Source of the DNA: Paraspadella gotoi
Taxonomy: Eukaryota; Animalia; Chaetognatha
Length of the DNA stretch: 64,000 nt
Assembly (NCBI GenBank): GCA_051294375.1
Contig: CM119265.1
Span: 8,750,772-8,814,771 of the forward strand
Direction of reading: 5' to 3'
The translations under genes and the position numbers were made by a program. Shown here one piece after another: positions 14,396 through 27,140 of the stretch. The notes under the pieces are model-generated. The model was given only the letters and a program-made list of their open reading frames with translations. It made no database searches and was not told where the DNA came from. How positions within the stretch are numbered: the first letter of the stretch is position 1; every line of letters begins with the position of its first letter.

Positions 14396-17300
14396 GGGCT
14401 GGTACAATTGGGTTTCAAAACGTGTTTTTTTTGAAAAAAAAAAATAAATGGAACCGAGAGAACGTTATTGCTTTCGAGACAGAATTTAATTTGTTGTTTT
14501 TTTAACAACAAAATTTAATTAATAGGCTCGCTGTTTTATTTTTTTTAGCATTTTCGGCTTCATAGCTAAACGCGACTTAATCGGTTGTGAAAGGGGGGCA
14601 AAATTTTTTTTTCCTTTGGCACTCCTTAACATGGACTCTCATAAGGTAAAATGAATTAGCTTTCTATCAAAACAAAGCGAATTTTCTTAAAACTTGAAAT
14701 CAAGTTTGAGAAATCTGTCTCGTCGCTGAGCCAAACATTGAATTAAAAAACTAAGGAAGTCTGATCGGCAAACTTTATTTCGATATACAGTGGCAAAAAA
14801 CAAAAACGTGTGGAGAAACATTTTTTTTAAAAATTCTTTAAGTAAAAGTGGGTATTCAGTTTCGTGACCGTCGGGGGAAATGAGAATGGAAAAGTTGTTG
14901 GAGATTATATTTGGAGATGCTGCGCGTTTTTTGAGCGCGGCCTTCAAAAATTCTTCTTATAAGCAAGTTTTTCACTTTAAGTTGCGTGATCGTCTTGACT
15001 TTGCATCCAGATCTTTGAAAAGGTCCCGTCGTTGTTGTTTCTTTAGCTATGGAAACGGACACCAGGAATACTAAAAAAACAAAATTCAAGTTTTTAGTTC
15101 GTGGATGCTGGATTGGACGGTGTTCTAAACTGTTTGTTCCCATTAGTTACTTGATTCATCATGCATGGTGCTATGCGAAGCTCACGCAAGGTTCTTGAGT
15201 CATTAAAAATGCATCTGTACAATTTAAATTAAAGAACGGATACAAAGGATTCTTCCTGCCTTTTTTTATCCTCCTGTGATTTGTCTCTCACGTTAAAGCC
15301 GTTTAAAAAACATTTTTATGCTCTCGTGGAAGAGACAATTAAAAAATTGTTAGTCACATTAAAAATAAATAGCTTCACGTTATCGTGAAGTGGTTTTGTT
15401 TTAATATTTGTGAAGAAATTTGTTTTTCTGTATTGTTACCGATTGTTTTGGTGGGCTTCAGATTATACGAGGAGGGCATTGACATGAAGTGCATTGAAAA
15501 GATCATTTGCGTGAGATAACAGTTATTAACCTTTTGAAAGTTGGCTGATATTTATTTGCGTAATATCTGTACCTTTCTTGTCAATGGATAAACCTTCAAG
15601 GTTGCTGATTGACTTCCGCAATTCCTTGCATTTGAACTGAGTTGTTTCTTGTTGCCTTCTAACTGTATTCCCTGCAAAGATTTTTAATTTTTATTCGGGT
15701 ATAATGCAATTTAACGAGGTTTAATATAGAAACGTGAACCATAAAAAATAAGGCATTTATCTGACAAAGTTTAAAATGCGGTTACATTTTTTTTCATGAG
15801 TTGAACGAGTTTTAAAGCAGTCTCTTTTAAAATATATAAAAATTAGTTTTAACCTTGTTGGAAAAAAGGTTTTTTTTTAAACAAACTGTTATTATACTGA
15901 AAGTATGTAAAAAACGCTGTTTGAACTTCATTTATATTATATTTATTTAATCGTGCATGTTTGTAATTAAATTATTAAGCGCTTCAACATTCGTCAAGAG
16001 TTTATTGTTGTTCCTAAATTATAATTTTGGAATATTTCTGTTTACAACGGTACAAGGTAAAAAATCAAATTTGTTCTTTTAATTCTTAAAAAATTAGTCA
16101 ATTTGTGTTTTTTCAAATTTTTCTTTTAGATTGTTCCCCTTATTCCAAGTTGATGTTTCTATCATTTCCAAGCCAGAACGGTTTATTATTGGAAGAAATA
16201 TGTAAATGATTATTATGATGATGATTCCAGAGAATGGGCCAGACATAGTATTTCGGAAGTTATCCCGGTTGATGTTTTCTTGTTAAATGTTTAAAGGTAT
16301 TTATTAAAAGTGGATTATTTTAACCAGTAACTTAAATTCCCAGTGGTTGGTGAGATTGGATAATGCATTGAATTTTCTTAGAGTTCATTTGGGCTTTTTT
16401 TCCTTAATATGGCTTCTCCCAACATTGCTGATCCACGCAATGACTCGTTTCTAATAGGTTCCGCCATTCCGAATCAGGGAATTACAGCTCGTGATACTGT
16501 GTTTATCTTGAAAAACTTCTTCTTGAAATGGTGCTGTTTGGGTTAACTATTATGTTTATTGTTTTGCAATTTATTCAATGCTTAACCGTCCTAGAATCAG
16601 GCTCCGGTTTTCAATATTGCCGGTTAGGACGAGGAAAATTCTGTAAGATATTTTTCTTAAATTTTGGGGCGTTCATCAAAATTGTCAGAATCTATGAGTC
16701 GTTATGTGATGTGATGGAACTACATGATTTAAAATTTATGAATCCTCTCTATTTAATCTTCTAATTCAACGCTGAGTGTTTGTGATTGTTTTTTTTTGGT
16801 TTTTTCTGATGGAAGTGAGGTACAGAGGTTCATCAAATGATTTCTTTTAAAAATACATGGCCTTGGGATATGATTTCAAATTAAATATTTATGCGCGACT
16901 ATGAAGATTTCCTATAAAAAATACAAAAATTTGAAAAATTTAATACGATGTAATGAATTTAATTAGTTATAAGGCAAAAAATTATTCTAATCAAACTTTT
17001 AGTGTACTTCAGAGATTCCCAATGAGTCCAAAGTAGATGTGATTGATCTTCATTGCTTCTCGGATCTGTTTTTTTAAAAGAGGAAGATGGTGGAAAGGGG
17101 GAATTCTTTCTACACATCTGAGATGATCTTTCACTTGCAAGTAATGCAATTTGGCTTTATAGGATCTTTGGCGGAATAAAGTTGGCTGAAATTTTCCTGC
17201 TGATATCTCTGTATATCAATATTCTTCAGTTGGTTTCCATTAATTGCTTCAGCCAAAAGTAGCGATCCACCATTATATTCCAATATTAAGATGTTCTTAA

Positions 17301-20300
17301 TTCAGTGGGCAAACACATTCGATTTGTTCTTTTCTGGCTTTATTGATTTTTTTACTGTGGTCTATTTATTGTACTCCCAGTCTGAGGATCCTGATTGAAA
17401 GCTTTCTTGAACGATTTAGGGTGTTATAGATCTTCCAAGTCCTAAATGGAATTTGGATCTTTATTAAAAATAATTTTCCAAAGGTCTCTATTTAGATGAA
17501 GTCAGCTTTAATCAGGAGTTAACAGGACGTGGACTGTGTTCAAAAATTAAAAGTCGCTGCCAAAAAATCTCTTTCTCAAAAATTAGGGCTTTTTAAGGTT
17601 TTACGGTTCTTGTATTGTTGATGCTCCATACAAATATGTGTTCAGAGTGGACCTGCTATGCCCTCTCCCCGTCTTCTGCAATAGGTAGGATTTTGGCAAC
17701 TGTAAAACCATGTTATGAAACCTCTTCGAAAACTGCTTTTTGGTTACATAAGGATTTTACAATCTGAAGTTTGGTTTCGCCACCTTCATCTTTCTTTTCA
17801 CCCAAATGCCCCCATTTTTCGAATCTGCAAAACTCCAAACTAGCTGCTTCTGCACTTCATATTTCGTTTCTTCCGATTTACTTCTGCCAAGGTAACAAAT
17901 CATCGTTTTGAATTAATTCTTGGCTTATTGGTATGTTATTTTAGATAGTCGAGACAAAAGCAATTCGCAAGTCTTCGAATGAGTCATATTGTACTGTTTT
18001 AGTTTTGGCAAATAAGGCTCCGGGCTAGGTTATTCAGAAAGTCCAAATTAGGTGGGGGACATTCGTCATTCCACAATGGAAGTGCATTAAGTGATTTAGT
18101 CAGGTACTTCGTTGACAATTTCCCGTTATTAAACTGGTAAACTTGTGTGGGGTCAATGTTAGCAAAACACTTAAGACAGACCGTAATGAGTGTTTCATGA
18201 ATCCTTTATTAAATTTTTTAAAGAAATGGTTAAAGAATTAGGCTGTGATTCAAAACACTTCAGCAGTTTTTTTTTATTTTGGGAAAGCTAAATTCGTTAA
18301 TTACATTTTTATAATTTTCACTGTTATATATGATATATAATCTCCTTTCTAAGTGTGAAATTTTCTCGATATTGTTCCATGTATTTTTTCTGTGTCTAAG
18401 ATGGATGTTCGGAAAGACAAAGGTTAATGGTTCCTTCGATTGGTGTTATTAATGTTTTGTGATCACCTAATTCGAAACATATTTGCGAGGAACAGCCATG
18501 GAAGCACTAGTTTGCCGGTGAAAAGCCAATTTGCCGTTATTTATTTTAACGCCGTTGTGACCCCAAATTTTCTCTTTGATATTCGCAAGAATTTTCCGAT
18601 GCTTCATGTGTTTTTGCCTGGTGACATTTTGTTTTTTACTTGTTTATTGAAAGTTTATGACACCGGAAATATTATCTGAAGTAGCTCTCAGTAAAAGACT
18701 ACAAGTGCAAGGTATTTCTGGGAATGCCTTTCGATAAGTTTTACATTAGGTCCATAACCTTTCTTCCCAGTGGCAAGTCGTTTGCAGAATAAGATCCGTT
18801 TAGCTCTGCTCCCGTATTTTCTTTTCATCACTACTATCTAGCCTTTTATTTCTTAATTCGCGTACGATTCGCACTATCCGAGGCTATCATTCATCACTGC
18901 TAAATATTTAACTCGGGGTTAAACTCGTTTGCTCCGTTCAGCTTCCGAAAATCGTTACCCCCGTGATAGGGCTCGCAAGGTTCTTTGCATAATCTCTTGT
19001 GATTTTTCCTTAGTTTTTCATGTTATCTTTGGTTTCCAATTTCCAGATTTGAGTATAAGTTCTTGTAATCGCCGAAGACAAATTATTTTGAGTGGCCCCC
19101 TATTTTATGCGGGCGATTTCTTTGCAACGTAACTGGTCATTGTTCAGGTTTTTTAAAATAATATTTAAAAAAAGAATTTTTGTTTTTTTAAGGTTATTCT
19201 ATCTTAAAAGCGGAGCCTTTAAAAATATTATAATGAAAAAGCCAGAATGTGTGATAGTTGGTAACATAAGGTGGTTTGCGTGTGTATCAGATGAGCGGAA
19301 GAAAAAAAATTATCCTCAGTGTTTAGTGTCCAAAGCAAAGGTTTCATGGACCGCTCCTTGTCCGCCATCTTTCATGTTTTTCTCTGGTCAAAAGGTCGGT
19401 ATTCTAATCATAAAAAGAATTAGTACTCTGAAGATTAGGGCTTCCGGAATATTTATATTATATCTCATAGTGTGGATTAGCAAATCACCTATCTTGATAT
19501 AATGATTTTCCTTGTAATGGTTATTCTGTTAATTTGAAGTAACAATTTTCCTGTCGTTCAAGACGTTTCTTAATTTGTAATTTACTCTTGTCGAGATAGG
19601 TTTAACAATTAATATCTAATATTATTTGTGAGAACTTACTGTTATAAGATTCTTCGTCATTGTTGGTGTTTTTCAGGACAAAAATTTTAGCTGTTGTTAG
19701 CAGGTACCACTCCCTACGCTTGGTTCCCAGTCACAGTTAATACGTTAAGAAAAATTAAGGTTTCAGTTTAAATTTACAAAATAAGAAAGACAACTAATTT
19801 GTATCTTACCTTGCAAAGAAGATCTCCCTTTCTTGCTCACTGTGTAATTCATCTTCTTGACTACTTCGTTCAGAAAATGGAAAAAAAATAATAAATTCAT
19901 TACATGAGAAAATCGTTATTTTTTACTTATTTAGGTTATAGGCTTAAAAAAAGTATAGGGTAAAACAAATATCTCTGAGAAAAAGTCAATATTTATATTT
20001 TTGTTTCTAGTATAGGGTACATAATTTTATAAACGTATACTTGAAACAACAATGTAATGATTCTATGTCCATATAGGGGGGGGGTATATAAATCGAAAAT
20101 AATTTTTTTTTACCCTAACAGATTAATATTTTCGTATTTCTTAAAATTCATTTCTCAGCTGAAATCGCCAATTCATTGGAAATGAATTTTTTCATTAATG
20201 ACTTTTTTTGTCTTCTCTTTCTTCCTTCTTCAAAACAGCAGAAGATTTTAAGAATCCCCTTTTCTTAGGCATGCACGAAGGCTGGATCTTCTCTCTCTCT

Positions 20301-20732
20301 CTTTGTTCCACCTCTGCCTCTCCGATTTTAGGTTTAATGTTGTGGACATAAGTTTTGAATGAGTACCGAAGGCGGAAATGCGATTCATTCTAAAACAAAA
20401 TGATTTATTTGTTATTCTCTCGTTAAAATATTTAGTATCCTAATAACATTAGTCACATTATTATTTCCATGTTTTGGCCACGTACTTTATTTAAACTGAT
20501 AATTGACAAACCGAAGAAAAAATAAACTTTTAAAACAACACACTCTTCTCCTTTACTTCTTAACTCTACGAGATATCTATATGTCTTCAGAAAGTTCCAA
20601 AATTTTTTTTTTCGAAATTCAAGTATTCGGTTTCAATGCGTAACCAGTTTTTCGGCTCCGCAGCTGAAAGTTTAGCCAATCTTCGAGTAAAAAAAAAATT
20701 TCAACTCGAATCAGAAAATTTGGAACAGGCCC
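14396..20732 (-). mobile_element. Candidate ~6.3 kb TIR DNA transposon with a spliced, error-disrupted DD(D/E) transposase gene (Sola2-like by recalled motifs)
   Basis: Imperfect TIRs: GGGCTGGTACAATT at 14396 and GGGCCTGTTCCAAATT (reverse complement of 20717-20732). The interior is CpG-poor and nearly microsatellite-free, unlike its flanks. Minus-strand splice sites at ~19809 (donor) and ~15673 (acceptor). Minus-strand fragments VDRYFW..., M(D)..ENI...QQEISANF, HIYFG and DSDN...(Q)FK lie in the order expected for this class. Confidence 0.4.
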
Positions 20733-21131
20733 AAATTCTTCAAATAGTTGTTCGGCCGGGGTATTTCTCTTTCACTTAGGGTCTCCGGGCTTGGTTCATT
20801 CACTCTCAATTCTGGGGGAGATTAAACGACCATGATTCGAGAGCTGCGTTTTATCGACATGATTTCGTAGCGCTGAATAAAAAGTAAAAATAAAAAACCA
20901 TATACATTTGACAATCGGATTCGAACGAGAAGGGGATTTAGACCTTTTTCAAAGCCGATGAGCGTTCCCAGGCATCTCTTCAGACGAAACTGAAACGCTT
21001 AGCGGCGGTCGAAATTTGAACGTTTGGGGGCCAAAAAAAATTGTACGGCAAGGAAACTTCGAACCGAATTGACGATCCTCTCGAAAAATTAAGCAAAAAT
21101 ATCTAGTTCGGACATCCCCATCCGATAGACG

Positions 21132-23258
21132 ATGGTGAAGGATCGTATGCAGAGAATGCAGGCCAAGCTCAACAAAACTGGACCTGATGCCAAATGGAAA
21201 GTGTAATTTTTCCTTGCTTGGCTTTTTTCGCAACAAAACTGTCCTTAAGATTTACATCAAATTTCTGCATTTTATTTTTTAGGCGCGCTGGAATCGGACA
21301 GCGTGGGAATCGCTATCGACGGGGCGCTGCCGTTTACGTCAGGCGAAACACCGATCAAAAATGGCGTCAAAACTTTTGGCTTTCAGAAGTAGACAAGCAA
21401 CGCAACAGCGGGTACCTAAATAAATCATCACCAACGTATCTTACTTTGACGTATTACTGATACTAGTTACTACCATTATTCTTTAATTTTTAGGAAGATG
21501 ATTACTTGGAAGACTTTTTCAGTAACGTGGAAGGAGATGAGACAAAACTATAGGAAACAATGTAAGACCAAGAGCGAGTGAAATGAAGAAAACTCACGGC
21601 GCAATCTTCTCCTCAAAGACGATGGCAAAAGCTTGGCGAGAACGGAGATTTGACGCTTAAGTGGCCGACGTCCAAGAAGGATTTTTTAATCTTAAAATAA
21701 GGTTTTTTTCCAGCTATTGAGTTAGTTAAAACTAAAATGTAATGGTTTTCATACTTATTTTTGCCTTTTCTCCCTTCCCTCCTAAACTCTTTAACCCTTT
21801 AACTTTCCCTATTCTTCTCCCACTCTCTTTTTTTTAGTTTTTCTTTCTCTCTCCCCCGCTCGACTCTCATCCCACACTCTGTCTTTCTCTCCCTTTTCTT
21901 TTCCTCCCACTCTCTTCTTCTCAGGTTCTTAAGCCCCTCATTTCCTAATCTCATCGCTCTCATCTCTTTCTCATTTTTATCTTCACATCTTCTACTTTCA
22001 CAGATGGGGGCAAAAAAGTTAAGAATCAACTCGGGCTCATCGAGATAATGGTGGACAAAGGCTCCACGCTGGCGGGCCGTATATGGTCCTATCGGCCGAG
22101 GCACAAGGGAAATAAAGAAAATATGCATTAGACCATGATAACCACAAAGGGAGGTTTTGTGAAGTTATTGAAGGAAGGTTAACTCCATTCAATAAGCCAA
22201 TTTCAAGTAAGTGGAATTTGGATATATCAACTCTTCTCTCTTACTTCTTCCACTCTCTGGGTTTTTGGTTTAGTCTTTAGTTTCCGCTTTCTTTAGGTCG
22301 TCTGTACAACTTAGGGGTTAAAAAGCAATATAAATTTGCCTTTACGTATAGATTTGGAGGGATTTTTTTTGGTCGTTAACAAATGAGCAACTAGAGACTG
22401 CTACGCCGCCTTCCAGGAAATCCTAAAACTATTAACGAATAAAAAGACGGAAATTCCGATGCAGCTGCGTGCCAATAAATCACACAATGAAATAAACAGC
22501 TTTTGTTTTTTCAACTTTTTTCAAGATTCATTTTTGTGCATCTTTCATCAAACTTAACTTTTCAAATTAAGAACAATTGAAGAAATAGTGCGCTCTCGCG
22601 CTGGCGTTATAGAACCCGGACGGGATGGACTACACCAATGAACAAATTAAACGGAAATGATTGAATCCGGAAAACGTTCCATTTGGACTCAAAATCTTTG
22701 AAAGAAAGCAGAAGATGGAGGACAAAAACTTAATGCGCTCAACACGTATGTGCAAGTCGGTGGGTTTAGCTCGGGATGAAATCGAAACGAGGAGCTACGA
22801 TTTAGTGTTTTCCACGCCCTTCATATTCTTCAGTCACGAGGAAGGAAATTTGTAAACTGAGAAAAAGGTATCGTCGAGGGTTCACGACATGTGGTTCCTG
22901 GCCCTTTTTGGCGTCGTTAGTGGAGAGGGAAGTCAAGGCGCAATGGATTGACACATCGGAGGAGACAACGTCCTCAGACGACGTGACCTACGTGAAGGAC
23001 TGGCAGTCGTTCGGGAAATGTGGGGAACCAAAGCGAAAGGGGACACAAAAGGCGGGTAGTCGGGCATGCTTGCTATGAATTATCTAGGGTTAAAACCAAA
23101 ATGGTCTTTGGTTTGAGGGTTTCAAAATTAATTTGGGGATTAAGTTTTTCTTTCCCACAATTCCGGTTCAACAAAACGATGTGGTTGCGTTGGTATCATG
23201 TCATTGATTCTTGTGATCTCGACGATTATTCTTTGCAATAGAATTTTCTGGTACGTGA
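21132..23258 (+). CDS. STX1: Syntaxin-1/2/3/4 family Qa-SNARE, multi-exon, frameshifted most likely by sequencing errors
   Basis: N-peptide MVKDRMQ (21132); Habc EDDYLEDFFSNVE...KKTHGAIFSS (21494-21615); KKVKNQL..IE...SAEA...FVKLLKE (22005-22178); DYTNEQI.EMIESG (22627-22670); SNARE HEE.ICKL.KGIVE.VHDMFL..ASLVESQG.MID.I.DNV (22833-22975); TM exon RCGCVGIMSLILVISTIIL ending TGA at 23258. Confidence 0.8.
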
Positions 23259-23796
23259 TCCCAATGTAGTATAAAAGCGTGTAATATGGTACAAAAAATG
23301 GTTTTTTCAACAGTTGATTTTTTTTTTTAGGTTATACGTTGTGCGATATCAAATTCAACCAGGGTTTATTTTATCAATCCAGTATAAGATTACATTACAT
23401 GTTGTGCTATATTATAATGTTAATTATTTCAATCGGGATAATTGTTTACTTGTTCTCCCCGTTTTCATCTGTTACTGTTGGTTCATTAACCTGAAAATTG
23501 AATTAAATAAAATTGTAAATTTCTTTCGTGAAAAGGTTTTAGTGCTACATTTCGGTGGAGAATTGTTTACCTGGTTTCAAACGTTTTTATTTTAGCTTTT
23601 GGATGAAGCTTGGTGAAAGTGAGTTATGCTGTCGGCTTATTTAATGTAGCAGTTAAAAAAAAAAAGTATTACACAAGTCACAACTTTGGTTATGGTTAAA
23701 AAATTTTTGCGGAAATATGTAAATTGTATGGAAATAGAACAATAACGATTGATTAAGATTTGATAACTTTTTTCTCGTGAGTTAACTAGTCCTTAC

Positions 23797-23989
23797 CAAT
23801 ATTGTAGATCGACGCGTATGGTTGAGGGTATGCCTGCGCGTATACCTTTCTTCTTTCCGTCTAAGTCGCGACCCCAGGTCCCGAGTCGAAGGTGGGCAGC
23901 CTCGTTCTTGGCGACTAATAATGTCGTCTGCCGCTTGCGAAGGTCGCGGTTTGGAAAACATTTGATTCTCGGGGACGGAACCGAAAAAG
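23797..23989 (-). CDS. SAPCD2: Internal exon of the SAPCD2-like gene (RRHT...GVD motif), error-containing
   Basis: Minus-strand ctctag acceptor and gtaagg donor. Reads ...RRHTL..(G)VD(Y)NI, matching the SAPCD2 RRHTIxSGVD motif that precedes the coiled coil. Confidence 0.55.
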
Positions 23990-24290
23990 CTAGAGGGGCG
24001 ATAATTTTGACCTTACTGCTGAGCAACCAGCGGAATGTTATGAACGACCGACTGATTAAGGGGGGCGGGGATGGATAAGAGAGCGCAAGAAGCAAGAAAT
24101 CATGTGCGATCGGAACAGGATAATGCGCGGCGCAACAGAAAAATAAAGCAGGGAGTGACAATGGCGGAAATAATACAAATGAAAATCGCTACCAGCGGAT
24201 GGAGGGAAAGGGGAGGGGGAGGAGAAATGGAGTCCGTATTTCAGTTTCGAAACGAGAGACGATAGATCAATCATCATACCATAATATTAC

Positions 24291-24442
24291 CATTTTTCTG
24301 TCGCGTCCACGCGTTAACGAAAGCACATTCTGCTGCCAGCTTTTTTTAAAGACTCCATATTTCGACTTATCGGGATCCATGGGACCGAAGGGCCGTAAAT
24401 TGTGGGCTTCGGTCGGGGATCGGCCGTTCGATTCCATGGATC
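24291..24442 (-). CDS. Probable internal exon of the SAPCD2-like gene
   Basis: Minus-strand tttattag acceptor and gtaat donor. GC-rich, reads GSMESNGRSP...KKSWQQNVL. Lies just upstream of the RRHT exon on the same strand. Confidence 0.4.
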
Positions 24443-25150
24443 CTAATAAAGGAAAATAGGGTTCGATTAAAATATTACCAAATCTATATCATTGGTTTTA
24501 TTGTCATTTTTGATCCAGTGCAATAGGAAGCATTATCGGACGGGGAGAAAAACGGAACTATACCTTTCCGGTTTTCATGTTCGGAGGCAAACGTAATTCG
24601 TTTTTCCTCACGGATATAGAGAATGGGGATCCCGGGCGATTTGTCAACGGCAGCGTGGGAATTATGAAAAATCCACAAGTTTTTTATTTTATCCTTCTCC
24701 AGTTTTTCGCTATTTTACTTTCAGAAACTTTCTTCAAGTTGTTACCAATTGATGACTAGAGAGGAAAAGTAACCATTGCCGGTTGTTGAATTCGTTGACA
24801 TTTAGTAATTTTACTTTAAGATGACTTCGAGAATTACTTGCCGTAGAAATGGATATTTTATTTTTAATTTCAATTTTCATTTCCGTTTAATATAAATAGA
24901 TTACGTTTTTTTTCCAGCGACAAGAATATGAAATGGTACAACCAATAATATATAGAATTACTTGGTATTTTTTCATGTTTAATTTAATTTCTTTATTTGC
25001 TGCCTGTGGCATGCTTTTTCCCTCGTACTTCACTGACGACCACTGGGCTTTGGCGTAAAATGATTTCCTGTGGAGATGAAGCTACCTCTCGGCCCGTACC
25101 CTCAGCCGACAAGCCGCTTGCCGCTTCCAGACCGGAATGGAGAGTCTTTA

Positions 25151-25236
25151 ACCCGTATTGGACTCGGTAGTTAAGGCGCTTGGAGAGCGGACACTACGTG
25201 CCGATCCAGGAGCAAGGGTTGACCCGTGCTCCGGGA
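25151..25236 (+). other. tRNA-like sequence (tRNA pseudogene or SINE head)
   Basis: CCCG...CGGG closing stem, A-box-like TGGACTCGGTAGTTAAGGCG, stem CTTGGA/TCCAGG, B-box-like GGGTTGACCC. The loop is enlarged and the sequence is noisy. Confidence 0.25.
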
Positions 25237-27140
25237 TTACCCACCTTGTTGCCAACCGGAAACTTGATTTTATTTTCTTTTGAACACCTATTTTTCTTTA
25301 CTCCGTAGGTTCAGCAATCTTCTTTAAATTTTCATTACCACGCGGTCTATTTTCAAGGCCCGGCTCATGGCGTCGATCTCAATTGGCCAGTTGGGTGCGT
25401 CAGGAGTGCCTGCAAACGTTACTCGTGAAGCGGTTTCTTCCGTCTTTCGATGGGTGGAAAGAGAGAAAGGAAGGGGAGGGAGGGAAAGAAAAGAAAAGAA
25501 AAAGAAAAACGGAATGGAAATAGTAATGAAGTATTAGAGCGGAGAAAACGGGAAAAATCGCGTTCAGGGCGCAAAGCATAAATTTTTTTTTTAATAATTA
25601 AGGTCTGTAGATCGGGCAGCTGAACGACAAATGAACGATTCGAACTTCTTTTGCCGATTTTACGAAAAGGTTGGGGTTGTTAAACAGAATTTTATTACCT
25701 GATAAGAAATTACATTGAGCAAATGTCTAAATTAATTAAATTGACTTTGGGACGAATGTAATATTGATTAGCAATACTATAGTATCAAAACATTGTCTAA
25801 TATACCATGGCTAGGACAGGGCACCTGGCTACGGACTATAATCCAATTTTTATTAATTCTCTATTCTACCTATTAATTTTTTTTTCCTAGGATTGGAAAA
25901 AATTTAATGATTAATTAATGGTGCTAAACCAATTATTTATCTAATAAACCTTTTCCTATTTATTTTCATAATTTTAGGTTTTTTAAAAAAGGTCGCTTTT
26001 TAAATTCTATATCTGACGATTATATTTGCGTGGGGCGCTAAAAAAAAGAAAGACTTCCTGGATCTCACACGGACATAAAAATCGGCTCCGGTGCCCCTCC
26101 CGATAAACAGGAAGCGGTGCGTAATTCCGAGGGAAAAAAAAAAATAAACCCCGACGTTACCGGCTTAACGTCGGTGGATGCCGAGGATAATCACAGCGAC
26201 TTCCTATCCCGAGTTTCTCACCCCCGCTGTTTTTCTTGATTCAGGCGTCTGATAAAGAATTCGGGGCGCCGTCCTTTGGAGGTCGGTGAAACGCGGGGCG
26301 ACCGGTCGTCCCCGTCACCTTGGACCCGCCAGACGGGATCGGCGGCGTGGCACCAGCGCGCCGCGCGGGCGAGAAAACGGAATAAAACATAAGAGGGGCG
26401 TTTCGAGGGGGGAACGATGGCTGGAAGTAAAAATGCCGGTGCTGTTAGTTTTAACGTCCGCGTTGAAAAGACGAGGGGAGGAAAAGATTTTTTGCAATCT
26501 TTCTAACAAAAGAGGAGCGAACGGGGAGTGAGGGGTAGGTGTTTAGTGGGAAGCTGGGTTACGGGAGACATGGACTGGGTTCTATTTCCAATTTAGCTCG
26601 GCGCCCGGTGAGTGAGAAAGCCAAGTTTTCAGATCCAGAGGCAAAGGCGGAATGAGACGTGATTGCCGTTCCCGCAGCCGAAACGGCGCGACTTTTATTT
26701 TTTCACGGTTGGACGGGGATTTCTCTCCGGGATCGTCGTCGCTTTGGTCGAAGCGCCGAAAAAAAAAAAACTTGGCTTTTGCTCACCTGCGGAAGGAAAT
26801 TTGGGCACGAAAGAAGAATTGGTGCCGGGCGGCACGGAAAAGGGTGTTGAGGGGCGATCACTAGAAAAAAAAAATGAGGAGGGAAAACATCTTTGGTTTG
26901 AGAAAGAAGGGATGGCGAGGGAAACGGAGATTATCGATATTTCATTTCCCACTTTCTTCCCTTTATTTTTCTCGGCCTATTTCTCTTCTTCTCATCCTCA
27001 TTTTTCCTTCTCTCCCCCTTTTTTTTCTCACCTGCCTCAAGTGTGCTCCAGTCTCTCGAAAAATGTCTCTCCTCGTTTCCACCGCAATAATTATTTTTCT
27101 TTATTTCTCCAACTTCGCCGGATACCACAATTCCACAATC

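Noticed and set aside
16100-19600. Endogenous viral glycoprotein (hydrophobic GIIIIIIIYIFLP on the minus strand)
   Set aside because: The hydrophobic run comes from a short ATC/ATA repeat in noisy sequence. TIRs, splice sites and DDE-type motifs favour a transposon.
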